Positions 39,363-52,400 of a stretch of 64,000 nucleotides of DNA are shown piece by piece. The notes under the pieces are model-generated. The model did no database searches. It had not been told where the DNA came from and saw nothing but the letters and a program-made list of their open reading frames with translations. Within the stretch, counting starts at the first letter, position 1. Each line of letters begins with the position of its first letter. Source of the DNA: an uncultured delta proteobacterium (GTDB lineage: Bacteria > Myxococcota_A > Polyangia > Fen-1088); contig CAVYGB010000008.1 of the NCBI GenBank assembly GCA_963767925.1, positions 1,568,001-1,632,000 on the forward strand, given 5' to 3'. A program made the position numbers and the translations under genes.

Positions 39363-39630
39363 CCCGGGCGTTTTCACACGTAAGATTCCGGTTGGATAAG
39401 ATCTCGCCGGGCGGCGGCGGCAACACGTCTGGGCCTAAGGGGGTATGCGGCCTGGACGTCTAGCCTCGAGCACCTTCGCCCGCGGCTTCTTTCCTCCACG
39501 AACTAGGAGCCTGGCTTGGCAACGTGGTGACTCGGCGAAAGAACGCCGCCGAGACAAGAGCGAAAACTCGTCTGAAACGTTGAGATGATGGGGTCCGTCG
39601 GGGCTCCGTCCGCGTTCCAAACAGGTCCAG

Positions 39631-41487
39631 GTGTTCATGTTGCAAGGACGACTCCCCTCCCGGTATCGCGTCATCGAAGAGGTCGGCCAGGGCGGCATGG
39701 CGGTCGTGTACAAAGCGCATGACGAGACGCTCAAGCGCGAGGTGGCAGTAAAGGTCCTCCACCCCCATCTGCTGGCCGAGACCGAATCGAAGACCCGCCT
39801 CGAGCGCGAAGCTCAAGCAGTGGCGAAGCTTCACCACGACAACATCGTGCAGATCTTCGACTATTCCGGCGACGGATCGTCGGCCTCGTACATCGTCACC
39901 GAGTTCATCGAGGGGCAAACCCTCAAGCAGTTCATGAATAATCGCCGCCCCCCTCCCCCGGAGGTGGCTGCGCTCATCGCCATCGAGGTGGGGGGGGCTT
40001 TGCTGCACGCCCACTCGTTCGGGATCATCCACCGGGACGTGAAGCCCGAGAACGTGATGGTCCGCAAGGACGGGATGCTCAAGCTGATGGACTTCGGGGT
40101 CGCCCAGATCATGGACCTGGAGCGGATGACCGTGACCGGTCAGCTCCTCGGCTCGCCGGCCTACATGGCCCCCGAGATCCTGGAGGGCAAGTCGCTCGAC
40201 GTGCGGACCGACGTGTTCTCGGTGGGGATCATGCTCTACCAGCTGTCGACGGGCGCCCTGCCTTTCACCGGGCGCAACCCCCACGAGGTGCTCAAGCGGA
40301 TCGCCGAGGGGAAGTTCGCCGATCCCCGCACCATCAACCGGATGGTGGCCGACCGCCTGGCCAAGATCATCGCCCGGGCCCTCGCCCGGCGACCCGATGA
40401 TCGCTACCCCTCGGCGGCCGAGCTGGTGGCCGACCTGGGCGCCTTTGTGGGCGACGCCGGGCTGACCTCGACCCGGGACGAGTTGCAGGGCTTCTTCCGG
40501 GAACCCGACCGGTACGAAGGCGCGATCGGGCCCCGCATGCTGGGGGCCCTGGTCAACCGGGGCAAGCAGGAGCGAGCCGCCCGCCGAACCGCGCGGGCGC
40601 TCGAGCTGTGGAACCGCGCTCTCAGCATGGATCCCAGCAACAAGGAGGTGCTCGTCGAGCTCAAGCGCCTCGAGAGCCGCCAGCACCTCAAACGTGGCAG
40701 CCTGGTGGCGGCCTCGGTCGCCGCCCTCGCCGCGGGCGCCTTCTTCATCCTGAACCGCGCAGGGAGCGACGACCCGCTACGTTCGGCCGCCGCGGGCAAG
40801 CCGCCGGCCGGGCGGGTGCTCGTCAACACCGCGCCTGCGCCTCCGCCCGCACGGGCCGCATCCCCCTTGCCGGGTCCCCCACCCCAGGGCACCAGCGGTC
40901 GCGGGCCGGAGCGCAGCGCGTCGTCCCAGCCCCGTGCGCGGGGCAAGAGCGATCGTGGGCGGCTGGCCGCGCTGCCCCCTCCGGCCGTTCCGGTGATGAG
41001 AACCTTCAAGCTGGCGCCCTACCCGCCCAAGGCAGATATCATCGTCGACGGCGTGTTCGCGATGGCCTTTGGCCCCGGGTCGACGACCCTCAATCTCGAC
41101 TGGAACAAGGACCACCTTGTCGAGTTCAAGAACGATTGCTGTACGACGATCAGCCTCGAAGTCGGCCCCAACAAGGCTCCCGTGCGGGACAACCGGCTGT
41201 CGCCCATGTTCTCTGGCCTGCCCGCCCGGCTGACCGTGAAGACCAACCCGCCCCTCGAGGGTCGGGTGGGCGTGCTGGAGCTGGACAAGGACGACGGCCG
41301 CCACCGGCCGGTCGACACCCTGGACCAGCTCAACACGCCCATCACGATCAGCTTCGAGGGCGATACCGACATGAAGAAGCGCCTGAGGCTCACGGTGGAC
41401 ACCAAGGGGAAGCGGCGGCCCAGGAACTACGACGTCGAGATCCACGCCGGCGAAAAACGGGTCGAGACGGTTCCGCTGGACGACTAG
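39631..41487 (+). CDS. membrane-anchored Hanks-type Ser/Thr protein kinase
   Basis: GQGGMAVV, VAVK, HRDVKPEN, DFG, YMAPE; TPR-like helix, TM segment, Pro-rich linker, periplasmic beta domain. Confidence 0.93.
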   Translation: MFMLQGRLPSRYRVIEEVGQGGMAVVYKAHDETLKREVAVKVLHPHLLAETESKTRLEREAQAVAKLHHDNIVQIFDYSGDGSSASYIVTEFIEGQTLKQFMNNRRPPPPEVAALIAIEVGGALLHAHSFGIIHRDVKPENVMVRKDGMLKLMDFGVAQIMDLERMTVTGQLLGSPAYMAPEILEGKSLDVRTDVFSVGIMLYQLSTGALPFTGRNPHEVLKRIAEGKFADPRTINRMVADRLAKIIARALARRPDDRYPSAAELVADLGAFVGDAGLTSTRDELQGFFREPDRYEGAIGPRMLGALVNRGKQERAARRTARALELWNRALSMDPSNKEVLVELKRLESRQHLKRGSLVAASVAALAAGAFFILNRAGSDDPLRSAAAGKPPAGRVLVNTAPAPPPARAASPLPGPPPQGTSGRGPERSASSQPRARGKSDRGRLAALPPPAVPVMRTFKLAPYPPKADIIVDGVFAMAFGPGSTTLNLDWNKDHLVEFKNDCCTTISLEVGPNKAPVRDNRLSPMFSGLPARLTVKTNPPLEGRVGVLELDKDDGRHRPVDTLDQLNTPITISFEGDTDMKKRLRLTVDTKGKRRPRNYDVEIHAGEKRVETVPLDD

Positions 41488-42401
41488 TTGCTCGCGCCCC
41501 CCCTTCTCCTCGTTCTCCTGGCCCTGCAAACGAGCTCGCCGTCGGTCGAGTACGCGCGGGGCAAGGTCGCCTTCGACCGGGGCGAATACGCCCGCGCCAT
41601 CGAGATCTTGCGCCCGCTGCTCTATCCCGAGCCCCGCTTGCCCGCCGAGGGCGAGATCGCGGCGGCCCACCGGATGCTCGGCGTGGCCCACCTGTTCGAG
41701 CGCCAGAACGACCAGGCCGCCCAGGAGTTTCGCAAGCTCCTGCAGCTCCGGCCCGACTACCGCATGGAGCCCCTGCTGGATCCCCCCTGGTCGTCGACTT
41801 CTTCAACGGCGTCCTCGAGCAGCAGGAGGCCGAGCTGGCCGAGCTGGGACGGATGCGGGAAGAGGCGGAGGCTGACGAGCGCCGGCGGCGCGAAGCGGTC
41901 CGTGGCGTCCCCGGCCTCGTCGAGCGGCGCTTCGTCCGCAACTCGCTGGCCCTGGCCTTCCTGCCCTTCGGGGTGGGGCAGTTCCAGAACGGCCAGCGCG
42001 CCAAGGGCTGGCTCTTCCTCGGCAGCGAGGCCGTGCTGGCTGGCGTGTCGATGGCCGCCTTCACCACCAACTTCGCGCTCTATGGCTTTCGCCCCGTGAT
42101 CCGCTGCGAAGAGGCCGACCCGACCACCCGGGGGCCGGGCTGCTCGCCGGGATATCGCCCCAGCCCCGACCAGGGCCGCTCCCAGCTCCTGCTCAAGGTG
42201 CAGCTCGTGAGCGGCGCGCTGTTCTTCGCCGCGGCCATCTGGGGGGTCACCGATGCGGTTTTGCACTTCCAGCCCGAGGTGGAGCTGATCGCCCCCGAGC
42301 GGGCCGGGGGGGCTACTGCCTCGCAAGCCGGGCGGGGCCCGCGTTTCCTGTTCACGTCGCTCGACGGTGGCTGGGGGGGCGCTCTCGCCTTCCGTTTCTA
42401 G
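41488..42401 (+). CDS. exported TPR protein with C-terminal membrane segments (frameshift in C-run ~41785)
   Basis: Signal peptide and TPR (FDRGEYARAIEIL), continuing in another frame VVDFFN...FLPFGVGQFQNG...GGALAFRF. Confidence 0.7.
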
Positions 42402-42424
42402 ACGGAAACGGGGAGACTCGGCCC

Positions 42425-44240
<1,816 letters not shown>

Positions 44241-44243
44241 GGG

Positions 44244-44747
44244 GTGGGACGCCGGTCCGCTTCCGGCGCCTGGCCCGCCGTCCTGGCTGCGCTGGCCGGG
44301 GCGGGGGGTGGGTGTATCGTGCCGCTGGCGCCGGAGTTCGAGGAGGAGCTCCGGGCCCCTCCCTTCGTGGTGACCTCACGGCCGGCGGTGGGCAGCAGGG
44401 TGCGGGACTCGGAGGCGGTGTTCGAGGTCGAGGTCCAGGATCCTAACAGCACGGACGACCTCTACGTGCGCTGGGTCATCGATTATCCGCCCTATACCGA
44501 GAACCTCAGCCGCCAGATCGACTACAACAAGCAGAAGAATCGGGGCCCCGGTCAGGTCAACCGGCACCGGATCGCCTTCTCGCCCAACTGCCTGCTGCAC
44601 CTGATCTCTCCAGCCGTCTCCGAGCATCGGCTGATGTTGCTGATCTCCGACCGGCCCTTCGAGGCAGCCCCCACCGCTCCCGACAAGGTGCCCCCCGACG
44701 CACACCTGGTGCGCGTCGTCTGGATGTTCGACAAGGAGTGCCGTTGA
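44244..44747 (+). CDS. hypothetical lipoprotein
   Basis: Hydrophobic leader ending GAGGG-C; in operon with the EBP. Confidence 0.6.
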   Translation: MGRRSASGAWPAVLAALAGAGGGCIVPLAPEFEEELRAPPFVVTSRPAVGSRVRDSEAVFEVEVQDPNSTDDLYVRWVIDYPPYTENLSRQIDYNKQKNRGPGQVNRHRIAFSPNCLLHLISPAVSEHRLMLLISDRPFEAAPTAPDKVPPDAHLVRVVWMFDKECR

Positions 44748-46372
44748 GACACCTGGCCCTGAAACGCCTGCTGCCCGCGCTCCTGGCCGCCGCTTGCGGC
44801 AGCGAGGATGGGGGCGAGTGCAGCCGCGACGGGCAGTGTTCATCCGGGTCGGCCTGCGTGAGCCAGATCTGCGTGGCCCGGATCGGGCCCGAGCCGCAGC
44901 GCTGGAGCCTGGAGGTGGCGCCAAAGCTCGAGACGCCCTTCGCCAACCGGGAGCTGTCCGAGGTGCCGCTCGGGCCCCAGCCGGTGGTGATCGACCTCGA
45001 CCGGGCGGTGGCCATGAACGTCCGCATCAGCCGCCAGGCCTACGAACCGTCCGACATGCCCTCCTCCGTCCATGTGGTGCTGTCGGTCGCCTCCATGATC
45101 CCCGGGCGCCGCGACCTGCAGTTCGAAGGGGACGGCGTCAGCACGGGGGCGGGCCAGCCCTACGAGGCCAAGGTCCCCCTGCCCTCGGCCCTGATCGGCC
45201 GGCCGGGCCGGCTGACGGTGGTGCCGCTGGCGCCCCTGGACCGCTGGATGCCGCCCTGGATCCTCGACGCGACCGTGGCCGAGTCGACCGCCATCGCCCT
45301 CCCCGGGGCCGAGGACACCCTCACGCTGGAAGGCAGCGTCGATGCCGCCCCTCCCGCCGGGACCGATCCCGTGCCCTACGACGGCCGGCTCTTCGTGAAG
45401 GATCGCCTGGTCAGCAACGTGGCCCGCACCGACCCGGCCGGGAAGCTGCTCTTGCGGGTGCAAAGAAGCGTGGCCCAGGGAGCCGCCGAGATGCGGCTCG
45501 AGCTCGGACCCGCCGACCGGGCCCAGGAGCTGGCCACGGTGGCCGCTCGCATCGCACCCGGACAGACCAGCCTGCCCAGCCTGCGCATCCCACCTTTTCC
45601 GGCGCCGGTGGCCTTCGTCATCCCGGTGGCGGCCCGCGACGACGGCACCCGGGTGACCGGAGCGACCGTGCGTTTTGCCACCGTCATCGAGGCCGGGAGC
45701 AGCGGGGAGACGCGGTACGTGCGGGTAGCCCAGACCGACGCGGACGGCAACGCCACCATCCCCCTCATCCCGGGCTCGACCGGACAGACGCGCGACTACG
45801 TGGTCACCGTCGTCCCTCCCGCCACCTCGGAGCTCGGGGCCCTGTGCCTGGCCAGTTACGCGGTCGGCTCGGCGGTGGCCGATTCGCTGCGCGTTGGCGC
45901 CTTGATCGCCCTGCCTCGACGGGTGGCTACCCCGGGGCGCCTCCTCCGCTCCAACGGCCGCCCCGCCTCGATGGTCCGGGTGCGGGCGACCCGCCAGGGG
46001 GACCTGTTCAAGCCGGAGTGTGGCGGCGACCTGGCTTCCCCGCCCGCCGAGGCCGTCAGCGACGATGACGGCCGCTACCGCCTGGCGCTCGATCCCGGCG
46101 ACTACCGGCTGGAATACCTCCCCGCTCGGGGCACCGCGCTGCCGATGATGACCGAGGACCAGGTGGCGGTCGCCGACCTGGTCGACCGGGAGGTAGCGTT
46201 GCCCGAGGCGGTCCTCGTCGAGGGGCGGGTGGTGGGACCCGGGGGCGAGGCCATCGCCGACAGCGAGGTGCGAGCCTTCGGCAAGGACAGCGCCGGCGCC
46301 GTACAGCTCCAGGGCGTGGCGTCCTCCGGTCCGGATGGCGTCTTCCGCCTGGTGCTACCCCGACGATTTTAA
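44738..46372 (+). CDS. lipoprotein with Cys-rich module and carboxypeptidase-regulatory-like (prealbumin-fold) repeats
   Basis: LLAAA-C lipobox, CSRDGQCSSGSACVSQIC, repeated TD.DG.Y.L.L.PG.Y-type motifs. Confidence 0.65.
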   Translation: MPLRHLALKRLLPALLAAACGSEDGGECSRDGQCSSGSACVSQICVARIGPEPQRWSLEVAPKLETPFANRELSEVPLGPQPVVIDLDRAVAMNVRISRQAYEPSDMPSSVHVVLSVASMIPGRRDLQFEGDGVSTGAGQPYEAKVPLPSALIGRPGRLTVVPLAPLDRWMPPWILDATVAESTAIALPGAEDTLTLEGSVDAAPPAGTDPVPYDGRLFVKDRLVSNVARTDPAGKLLLRVQRSVAQGAAEMRLELGPADRAQELATVAARIAPGQTSLPSLRIPPFPAPVAFVIPVAARDDGTRVTGATVRFATVIEAGSSGETRYVRVAQTDADGNATIPLIPGSTGQTRDYVVTVVPPATSELGALCLASYAVGSAVADSLRVGALIALPRRVATPGRLLRSNGRPASMVRVRATRQGDLFKPECGGDLASPPAEAVSDDDGRYRLALDPGDYRLEYLPARGTALPMMTEDQVAVADLVDREVALPEAVLVEGRVVGPGGEAIADSEVRAFGKDSAGAVQLQGVASSGPDGVFRLVLPRRF

Positions 46373-46393
46373 GGGGTTTCGCTACCTGCTCGA

Positions 46394-46422
46394 TTGACAA
46401 GTGTCGGGGCGCCTCGTAGGGT
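46394..46422 (+). promoter_or_regulatory. putative sigma70 promoter
   Basis: TTGACA-17 bp-TAGGGT. Confidence 0.55.
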
Positions 46423-46517
46423 CTCGGCGTCCGACTGACCGGCGCTCCGGCAGTCGAAGGAGGCGCTCGTTAGCCCCTCGAGACGACACGGTGTCGCTCA
46501 CAACCAAGTCTTCCGAT

Positions 46518-47117
46518 ATGGAGACCCCTCCCGGGTCTCGTTCCGCGACGTCTACGGCCGCTGCGACTGCCCTCGAGTTCCGGCCTTACCGGCGTTTCGT
46601 TTCGCTGGTCGCGCTCGGCGTCATCTTCGTCGGTGGCGGCTACCTGCTGGTCTCGGTCGGCGTGAGCATCTACCGCCAGCGAAACGCGGTCCCGACCGGC
46701 ACCCAGGTGAGCGCCCAGCTCAGCCTGCGCGAGATGCTGGGCTGCTGGCAGGAGCTGTCCGACGTGACCGAGGGGCTGCAGAAGCACCTCGAAAAGTCGC
46801 ACTATCTCCTCGGTGGCTACGACCAGGCGGAGGCCCAGCGCTGGGCCAGCGAGGGGGCCTTCTGGCGCAACCAGTGGAAGGCGCTCGGTGAACGCTGTCG
46901 CCTCAACCGACCGGTGCTCGCCCGCAGCGGCAAGGAGCTCGACGAGATGGTCGGGGCCTATCGCGAGCTGGAAGACACCGCCTCGGTCTATACCAAAGAG
47001 CTTTTGCGCTTCGGACGCGAGCAGGCGCCACGCCTGGACCGCATTCGTGTCCGGATCAACCGTATCGGCAAGCGCCTCGAGAACAAGCAGGGGCGCATGG
47101 GAGATTCAGAACCATGA
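46518..47117 (+). CDS. single-TM hypothetical protein
   Basis: One TM segment (FVSLVALGVIFVGGGYLLVSVGV), helical C-terminus; stop overlaps helicase ATG (ATGA). Confidence 0.65.
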   Translation: METPPGSRSATSTAAATALEFRPYRRFVSLVALGVIFVGGGYLLVSVGVSIYRQRNAVPTGTQVSAQLSLREMLGCWQELSDVTEGLQKHLEKSHYLLGGYDQAEAQRWASEGAFWRNQWKALGERCRLNRPVLARSGKELDEMVGAYRELEDTASVYTKELLRFGREQAPRLDRIRVRINRIGKRLENKQGRMGDSEP

Positions 47118-49450
47118 ACGAGAACGAACCAGCCCCTCCGGCCGAGTCCGAGGCGGCTGAACCCCGCTCGGAGCAGTCCGGGCAGCCCGGGTCCACCCAA
47201 CTGTCTTTTGCCGCGCTCGACCTCGGGCCGGACGTGATCCGGGCGCTGACCGACATGGGCTTTGCCGAGCCCATGCAGGTCCAGGCCGAGGTGATCCCGC
47301 GGGTCCTCACCGCCCGAGATCTGATGGTGCAGTCGCGCACCGGATCGGGCAAGACCGCCGCCTTCGGCATCCCCCTGGTGGATCGCATCGTCAATCCGGA
47401 CAACAAGTTCGTGCAGGCCATCGTGCTGCTGCCCACCCGGGAGCTGGCCCTGCAGGTGGCCGGGGAGATCGCCCGCATCGCGGCCCATCGACCCATCGAG
47501 GTGGTTCCGGTCTACGGCGGCGCGCCCATGGGGCGGCAGATCGAGCAGCTCCGGGCGGGCGGGCAGATCGTCTGTGGCACCCCCGGGCGCGTCCTCGACC
47601 ACCTCCGGCGGGGGACCCTGGTGCTGGACCGGGTGCGCTGCGTGGTCCTCGACGAGTGTGACGAGATGTTGTCGATGGGCTTTCAGGAGGACATCGAGGC
47701 CATCGTCGAGCGGACGCCGAGCGACCGCCAGACGCTGCTGTTCTCTGCCACCGTGCCCGAAGGGATCCAGCGGCTGGCCCGGCGGTTTCTCCGCGACCCC
47801 GAGATGGTCAAGCTGTCGGCCGACTTCGTGGGGGTCCACGAGATCCGACACGTCTATTACGCCATCCCGGGCGGGCAGCGCGAGGCTGAGCTTCTGCGGG
47901 TGCTCGAGTTCGAGAACCCGGTGCGGGCCATCGTCTTTTGCAACACGCGGGAAGAGACCGGCCGGGTGGCCGAGTTCCTGCGCCGGCAGGGGTTCGAGGC
48001 GGAGGCGATCTCCTCGGACCTCTCGCAGGTGGATCGAGAGAAGGTCATGGGGCGCATGCGGGCCGGCTCGATCCGGTTCCTGGTGGCCACCGACGTCGCC
48101 GCCCGGGGGATCGACCTCGAGGCGCTGTCCCACGTCATCAACTACACCTTCCCCGAGTCGCCCGAGGTGTACATCCACCGCACCGGTCGGACCGGGCGCG
48201 CGGGACGGCACGGCACCGCCATCTCGCTCATCGGACCCACCGAGGTCGGACCGTTTTATTACGTCAAGCTGCTGTACAAGATCCGGCCGGAGGAGCGCTC
48301 CTTGCCCTCCGAGGCCGAGATCCGGGCCAAGCGGGAGGGCGAGCGCATCCAGACCCTGCGCGCACGCCTCAACCGCGACCCGGGACCCCTCTGGCGCTCG
48401 CTGGCCCGGCGGTTGATGAGCGCCCTCGATGGCGAGCAACTCTGCGCGGGTCTGCTCGCCGAGACGTTCGAGCGGGTGACGTTCGAGCGAGAGGGGGCCA
48501 GCCCCCCGGCACCCCGGGTCGAGGACCGGGCCATTCCCTCCCGGCCGCGCGAGCCCGGGCCCCGTGAGTCCGTGTTCCGCGACTCGGGTCCCCGCGACTC
48601 GGGTCCCCGCGACTCGGGTCCTCGCGAGTCCGGGCCCCGCGAGCCCCGAGAGTCCGGCCTCCGGGATTCCGGCCCACGTGACGCCGGGCCCCGCGAGTCC
48701 GGCCCGCGGGATTCGGGTCCCCCCCGGGATTCGGGTCCCCGGGATTCCGGATCGCGCGACGCCGGGCCCCGCGAGTCCGGCCCGCGGGATTCGGGTCCCC
48801 CCCGGGATTCGGGCCTCCGGGACTACGGGTCGAAGCCCCGCACGGACCGACCGGGGCGCGAGCGCTTCCGGGAGGACCGCGACCGGGGCCGCCGCCCGCG
48901 GGCAGAAGGCCCGGGCGATCGTCCGCCGTCCGATCGGCTGTCGACCCGCGAGGACCGACCCCGCCGGGAGCGCCGGCCCCCGCGGGAAGCGGGTCCCCCG
49001 CCCGTTCCCCCGCTGACGACGACGGTGACCGAGCCCGAGAGCACCACCCCGCGTCCCGCGGTGACCGGCGACCGCGACTTCTGGTCGGTATGGCGCGAGG
49101 ACGGCAGCAGCAGCGCCGCCCCGGTTGCCCCGACGGCGCCCGCGCCGTCGGCCGCGCCTTCGTTCGCTCCGCCGGCCCCTGCCCTGCCCGGGCCCGGGCT
49201 CTCCGAGTCCGATCAGGCCCGCCTGTTCCTGAACCTGGGACGGAAGGACGACGCCACCGCCGAGGAGGTGGCGGGGCTGTTCGGAGAGCTGGGGGTCGCG
49301 ATCCCGCCCGAGGACATCGAGCTCATGAACACGCACTGCTACGTCAACGTCCCCCCCGGGGACGCCGAGCGGCTGTGCACGTCCTTGAGCGGGCGCGAGC
49401 GGCAAGGCCGGCGCCTCTCCTGCGAGCCGGCCCGCCCCCGACGCCGCTAG
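47114..49450 (+). CDS. DEAD-box RNA helicase with C-terminal DbpA RNA-binding domain (DeaD-like)
   Basis: Q motif, SRTGSGKT, PTRELA, TPGR, DECD, SAT, ARGID, HRTGRTGRAG; C-terminal RLFLNLGRKD. Confidence 0.92.
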   Translation: MNENEPAPPAESEAAEPRSEQSGQPGSTQLSFAALDLGPDVIRALTDMGFAEPMQVQAEVIPRVLTARDLMVQSRTGSGKTAAFGIPLVDRIVNPDNKFVQAIVLLPTRELALQVAGEIARIAAHRPIEVVPVYGGAPMGRQIEQLRAGGQIVCGTPGRVLDHLRRGTLVLDRVRCVVLDECDEMLSMGFQEDIEAIVERTPSDRQTLLFSATVPEGIQRLARRFLRDPEMVKLSADFVGVHEIRHVYYAIPGGQREAELLRVLEFENPVRAIVFCNTREETGRVAEFLRRQGFEAEAISSDLSQVDREKVMGRMRAGSIRFLVATDVAARGIDLEALSHVINYTFPESPEVYIHRTGRTGRAGRHGTAISLIGPTEVGPFYYVKLLYKIRPEERSLPSEAEIRAKREGERIQTLRARLNRDPGPLWRSLARRLMSALDGEQLCAGLLAETFERVTFEREGASPPAPRVEDRAIPSRPREPGPRESVFRDSGPRDSGPRDSGPRESGPREPRESGLRDSGPRDAGPRESGPRDSGPPRDSGPRDSGSRDAGPRESGPRDSGPPRDSGLRDYGSKPRTDRPGRERFREDRDRGRRPRAEGPGDRPPSDRLSTREDRPRRERRPPREAGPPPVPPLTTTVTEPESTTPRPAVTGDRDFWSVWREDGSSSAAPVAPTAPAPSAAPSFAPPAPALPGPGLSESDQARLFLNLGRKDDATAEEVAGLFGELGVAIPPEDIELMNTHCYVNVPPGDAERLCTSLSGRERQGRRLSCEPARPRRR
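48546..48830 (+). repeat. 15-bp coding tandem repeat (R-D/E-S-G-P)n with a 78-bp higher-order duplication
   Basis: CGCGACTCGGGTCCC-type units; 48680-48735 repeated at 48758-48813. Confidence 0.9.
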
Positions 49451-49463
49451 CTGCTCTCATGCA

Positions 49464-52400
49464 CTAGCTGACCGAGTCCAGCGCCTGGACCAGGTCTTCG
49501 TGGTCCTCGGACAGCGCGAAGTCCACCAGGCGCAGAGCGACCGGAATCTCCAGCACGTCGGCCAGCCCCGAAGACGGGCGGCCGGCGGCGGCGGCGATGA
49601 GATCGAGCGCGCTGGCCAGGTCGGCGCAAGCGAGGAGGCCCGCGCGGGCCGCCGTCTCCTGGGCATCGAGAAAGAGGCCGTTGGGGGTGAAGCTCCCCGC
49701 AATCTCGTTGGCAAAGGGGGCCAGCTCGGCGCGCCGGCCCTTGCCCAGGGCCCGCCCCACCCGGGCGTCGGCCGCCGCGAGGGCCCCGTCCTCGAGGTCC
49801 GGGTAGGCGTAGTCGGGGAGGAACCGCCGCACGACCCCGGCCATGAGGGCGGCGGCCTCCATCGGGCTCCGCTCGAGCAGCAGATCGAAGTGGGTCTCGA
49901 TGAGGCGCAGGCACCAGCCGGCGGCGAAGCGCAGCGCGGGCCGTCCCTGCTTGGCGAGGCTGGCGCCGATCACAATGGCCGGCGGATCGGCCGGCTCCAC
50001 CGCCAGCGCCCGGGGGTCGCTGTCCGAGACATAGAGGTCGAACTCCCGCACGCCGAGGTCGCCGGCCACCGCCTCGAACTCCAGGCGGATCTCGCTGCCC
50101 GGACGCTGGCGGGCGGAGCGGCCGACCTGCCAGCGGCGCAGATCCGGCCGGTTGGCGTGGGCCAGGGCCGGGCCGAGCTGGCGAAGGACGTGGCGGATGC
50201 CCCCCTGGACACGCCGGGGCAGCGCCCGCTCGTCGAGATCGGGGTTGGCCAGCGGGGCGAGGCGGCGCCCCGACGAGAGAGTCTCGACCCAGCTCGCAGC
50301 CTCCCGGCTCTCGTCGAGGTGGGGGCTGTAGCGGCGCAGGAGCTGGGCGGCGCTGGTGGCGCTGGTCCGTCGCTGGCGCCAGCGCAGGATGGGAATCATC
50401 GTGCGCACGGTGGCGTTCAGGTTCTCGGGGTTGTTGCGCAAGTCGGCGCTCAGCAAGGACAGGGAACCCTCCAGGAGGACCTTGCGGGCCTGCGGCTCCT
50501 TGTTCCGATCGTGAAAGCGGGCCAGCTCACCGATGGCCTGCAGGCTGCGCGGCGATTCATCGACCGCGTGCCGGAAGATCACCCCCGCCCGCCGGCTGTC
50601 CCCCGCTGATTCCCACAGGGCGGCCAGGCGGATCAGGAAAGGCAGCCGCCGCTCGGGATCGGTCTCCTGCTCGACGAGGCGCTCGGTGACGGCGAGCGCC
50701 TTGCGGCTGTCGTTCTGGCGGGCGTAAAGCTCGGACAGGGCCTCCAGAGCCTCGCGGTTCCCGGGCGTGAGGCGCAGCACCCGCTCGAAGGCGCCCTGGG
50801 CGACCCGCGGGTCGTTGAGCCGCTGCAGGTAAAGGCGCCCTATCCGCAGGAAACAGGCCTCCAGGGCGGCGGGGTCGCGCTCGAAGCGCGCCTGCCGGAT
50901 GGACAGCTCCGCGGCCGCGCCGAAGTCGCCGTCGTCCAGCTCCAGCGCCGCCAATCGACCCAGGATGGCCGAGTTGTCCGGCTCGCTCTCGAGCAAGATG
51001 CGCAGCTCGGCCTTGGCCGCCGGCCGATCGCCGAGGGGACCGAGCAGCAGGTCGACCCGCTCGAGCCGCAAGGCGGTGACGTCTTCGGGGGAGGCGCCGG
51101 CCAGCCGGCGGGCCAGGAGGGTGGTGACCGCCTCCAGCTCGTTCGCCTCCTCGAGCAGCTTGCGCAGCCTGGTGAAGGCGGCGTCGTTGCGGGAATCGGC
51201 CGCCATCGCCCGCTCGAGCAGGCCCCGGGCCCGGCGCCCGTCGCGCAGCCGATCGGCCGCCAGGGTGGCGGCCAGGAAGAGCGCCTGCGATCGGCGGGTT
51301 GGTCGCCGCAATGCCTGCGCCTCGATCTCCAGGACGTCGACCGCCTCGGCAAAGGCGCCGCGCGCGACGAGCAGCTTGCGCAGGCGAACCAGGGCCGGCA
51401 GATGCTCGGGCTCGCTCTCCAGGGCGCGCCGGTACAGCCGCTCGGCCCGGTCGCGCCGCCCGGCGGCCTCCTCCGCCTCGGCAGCGCGGCTGAACAGCGA
51501 GGTCGAGAGGCGGGGGTCGGCGCCCGGGGTGAGGGCGATGCTCTGGGCCCGGGCCTCCAGCAGGGTCGGCAGGTCGGACGCCGGGGGGCTCCGGTTCTCC
51601 TCCGAGGCGACGTGCCGGCGAACCAGGGCCAGCGAGGGCCGCTCGCCCGCCCGGCGCAGGGCCTCGCGCAGCAGCCGCTGCGCGGTCTCGGGGTGGCCCT
51701 GCCCGTCGGCGATGAGCGCGGCGAGGAACTGGATCGACACGGCTTCGGCCGGCATCTCCCGCGCCAGCTCCTCGAGCAGCGTCACCACTTCGGCGCCGGT
51801 CGGGCGAGCGCCCGGCAGGGCCAGCAACATGACGCGCGCCTCGTGGCGGTCCGGGTCGAGCAGCCGGGCGGCGCTCAGCTCCCCCTGTGCCGACTCGGTA
51901 TTTCCCCGAAGATCGCGCTCGATCCGGCCCCGCTCGACGAGGGCGGCGGCGGCGGCCCGGGTGCGGCCGGCGCCGTTCAGGGCATCGTATTCGTCCCGCC
52001 AGAGGCCCTCCAGGCCGTCGCCGTCGCGCAGGGTCCACAGCACCCGCCGCAGCGCCAGGTCGGCGTCCCGGGCCAGGGGGCTGGCCAGCAGCTCCCGGTA
52101 GGCGGAGGCGGCTTCGCGCGTTTGCCCCGCCACCTCGAGCGCCTCGGCCCGCCGGAACTCCAGCTCGGTGGGCTCGTCGCCCGCGGGATTGCTGCGGCGG
52201 AGCTCGGCGAGCACCCCGATCCGGACCGTCGGGTCGTCGATCAGGCCGATGAGCCGGCGGCGCAGCAGGCCGCTGATGGCGTGGCTGGCCACCGGGGCGG
52301 CAGACCCCTGCAGCCAGCTCAGCGCCTCGGCGAAGGCGCCGGCCTGGATGAGCCAGCCGGCCGCCTCGTGCACCCGGTAGCGCGAGCCTTCACGGGCCGC

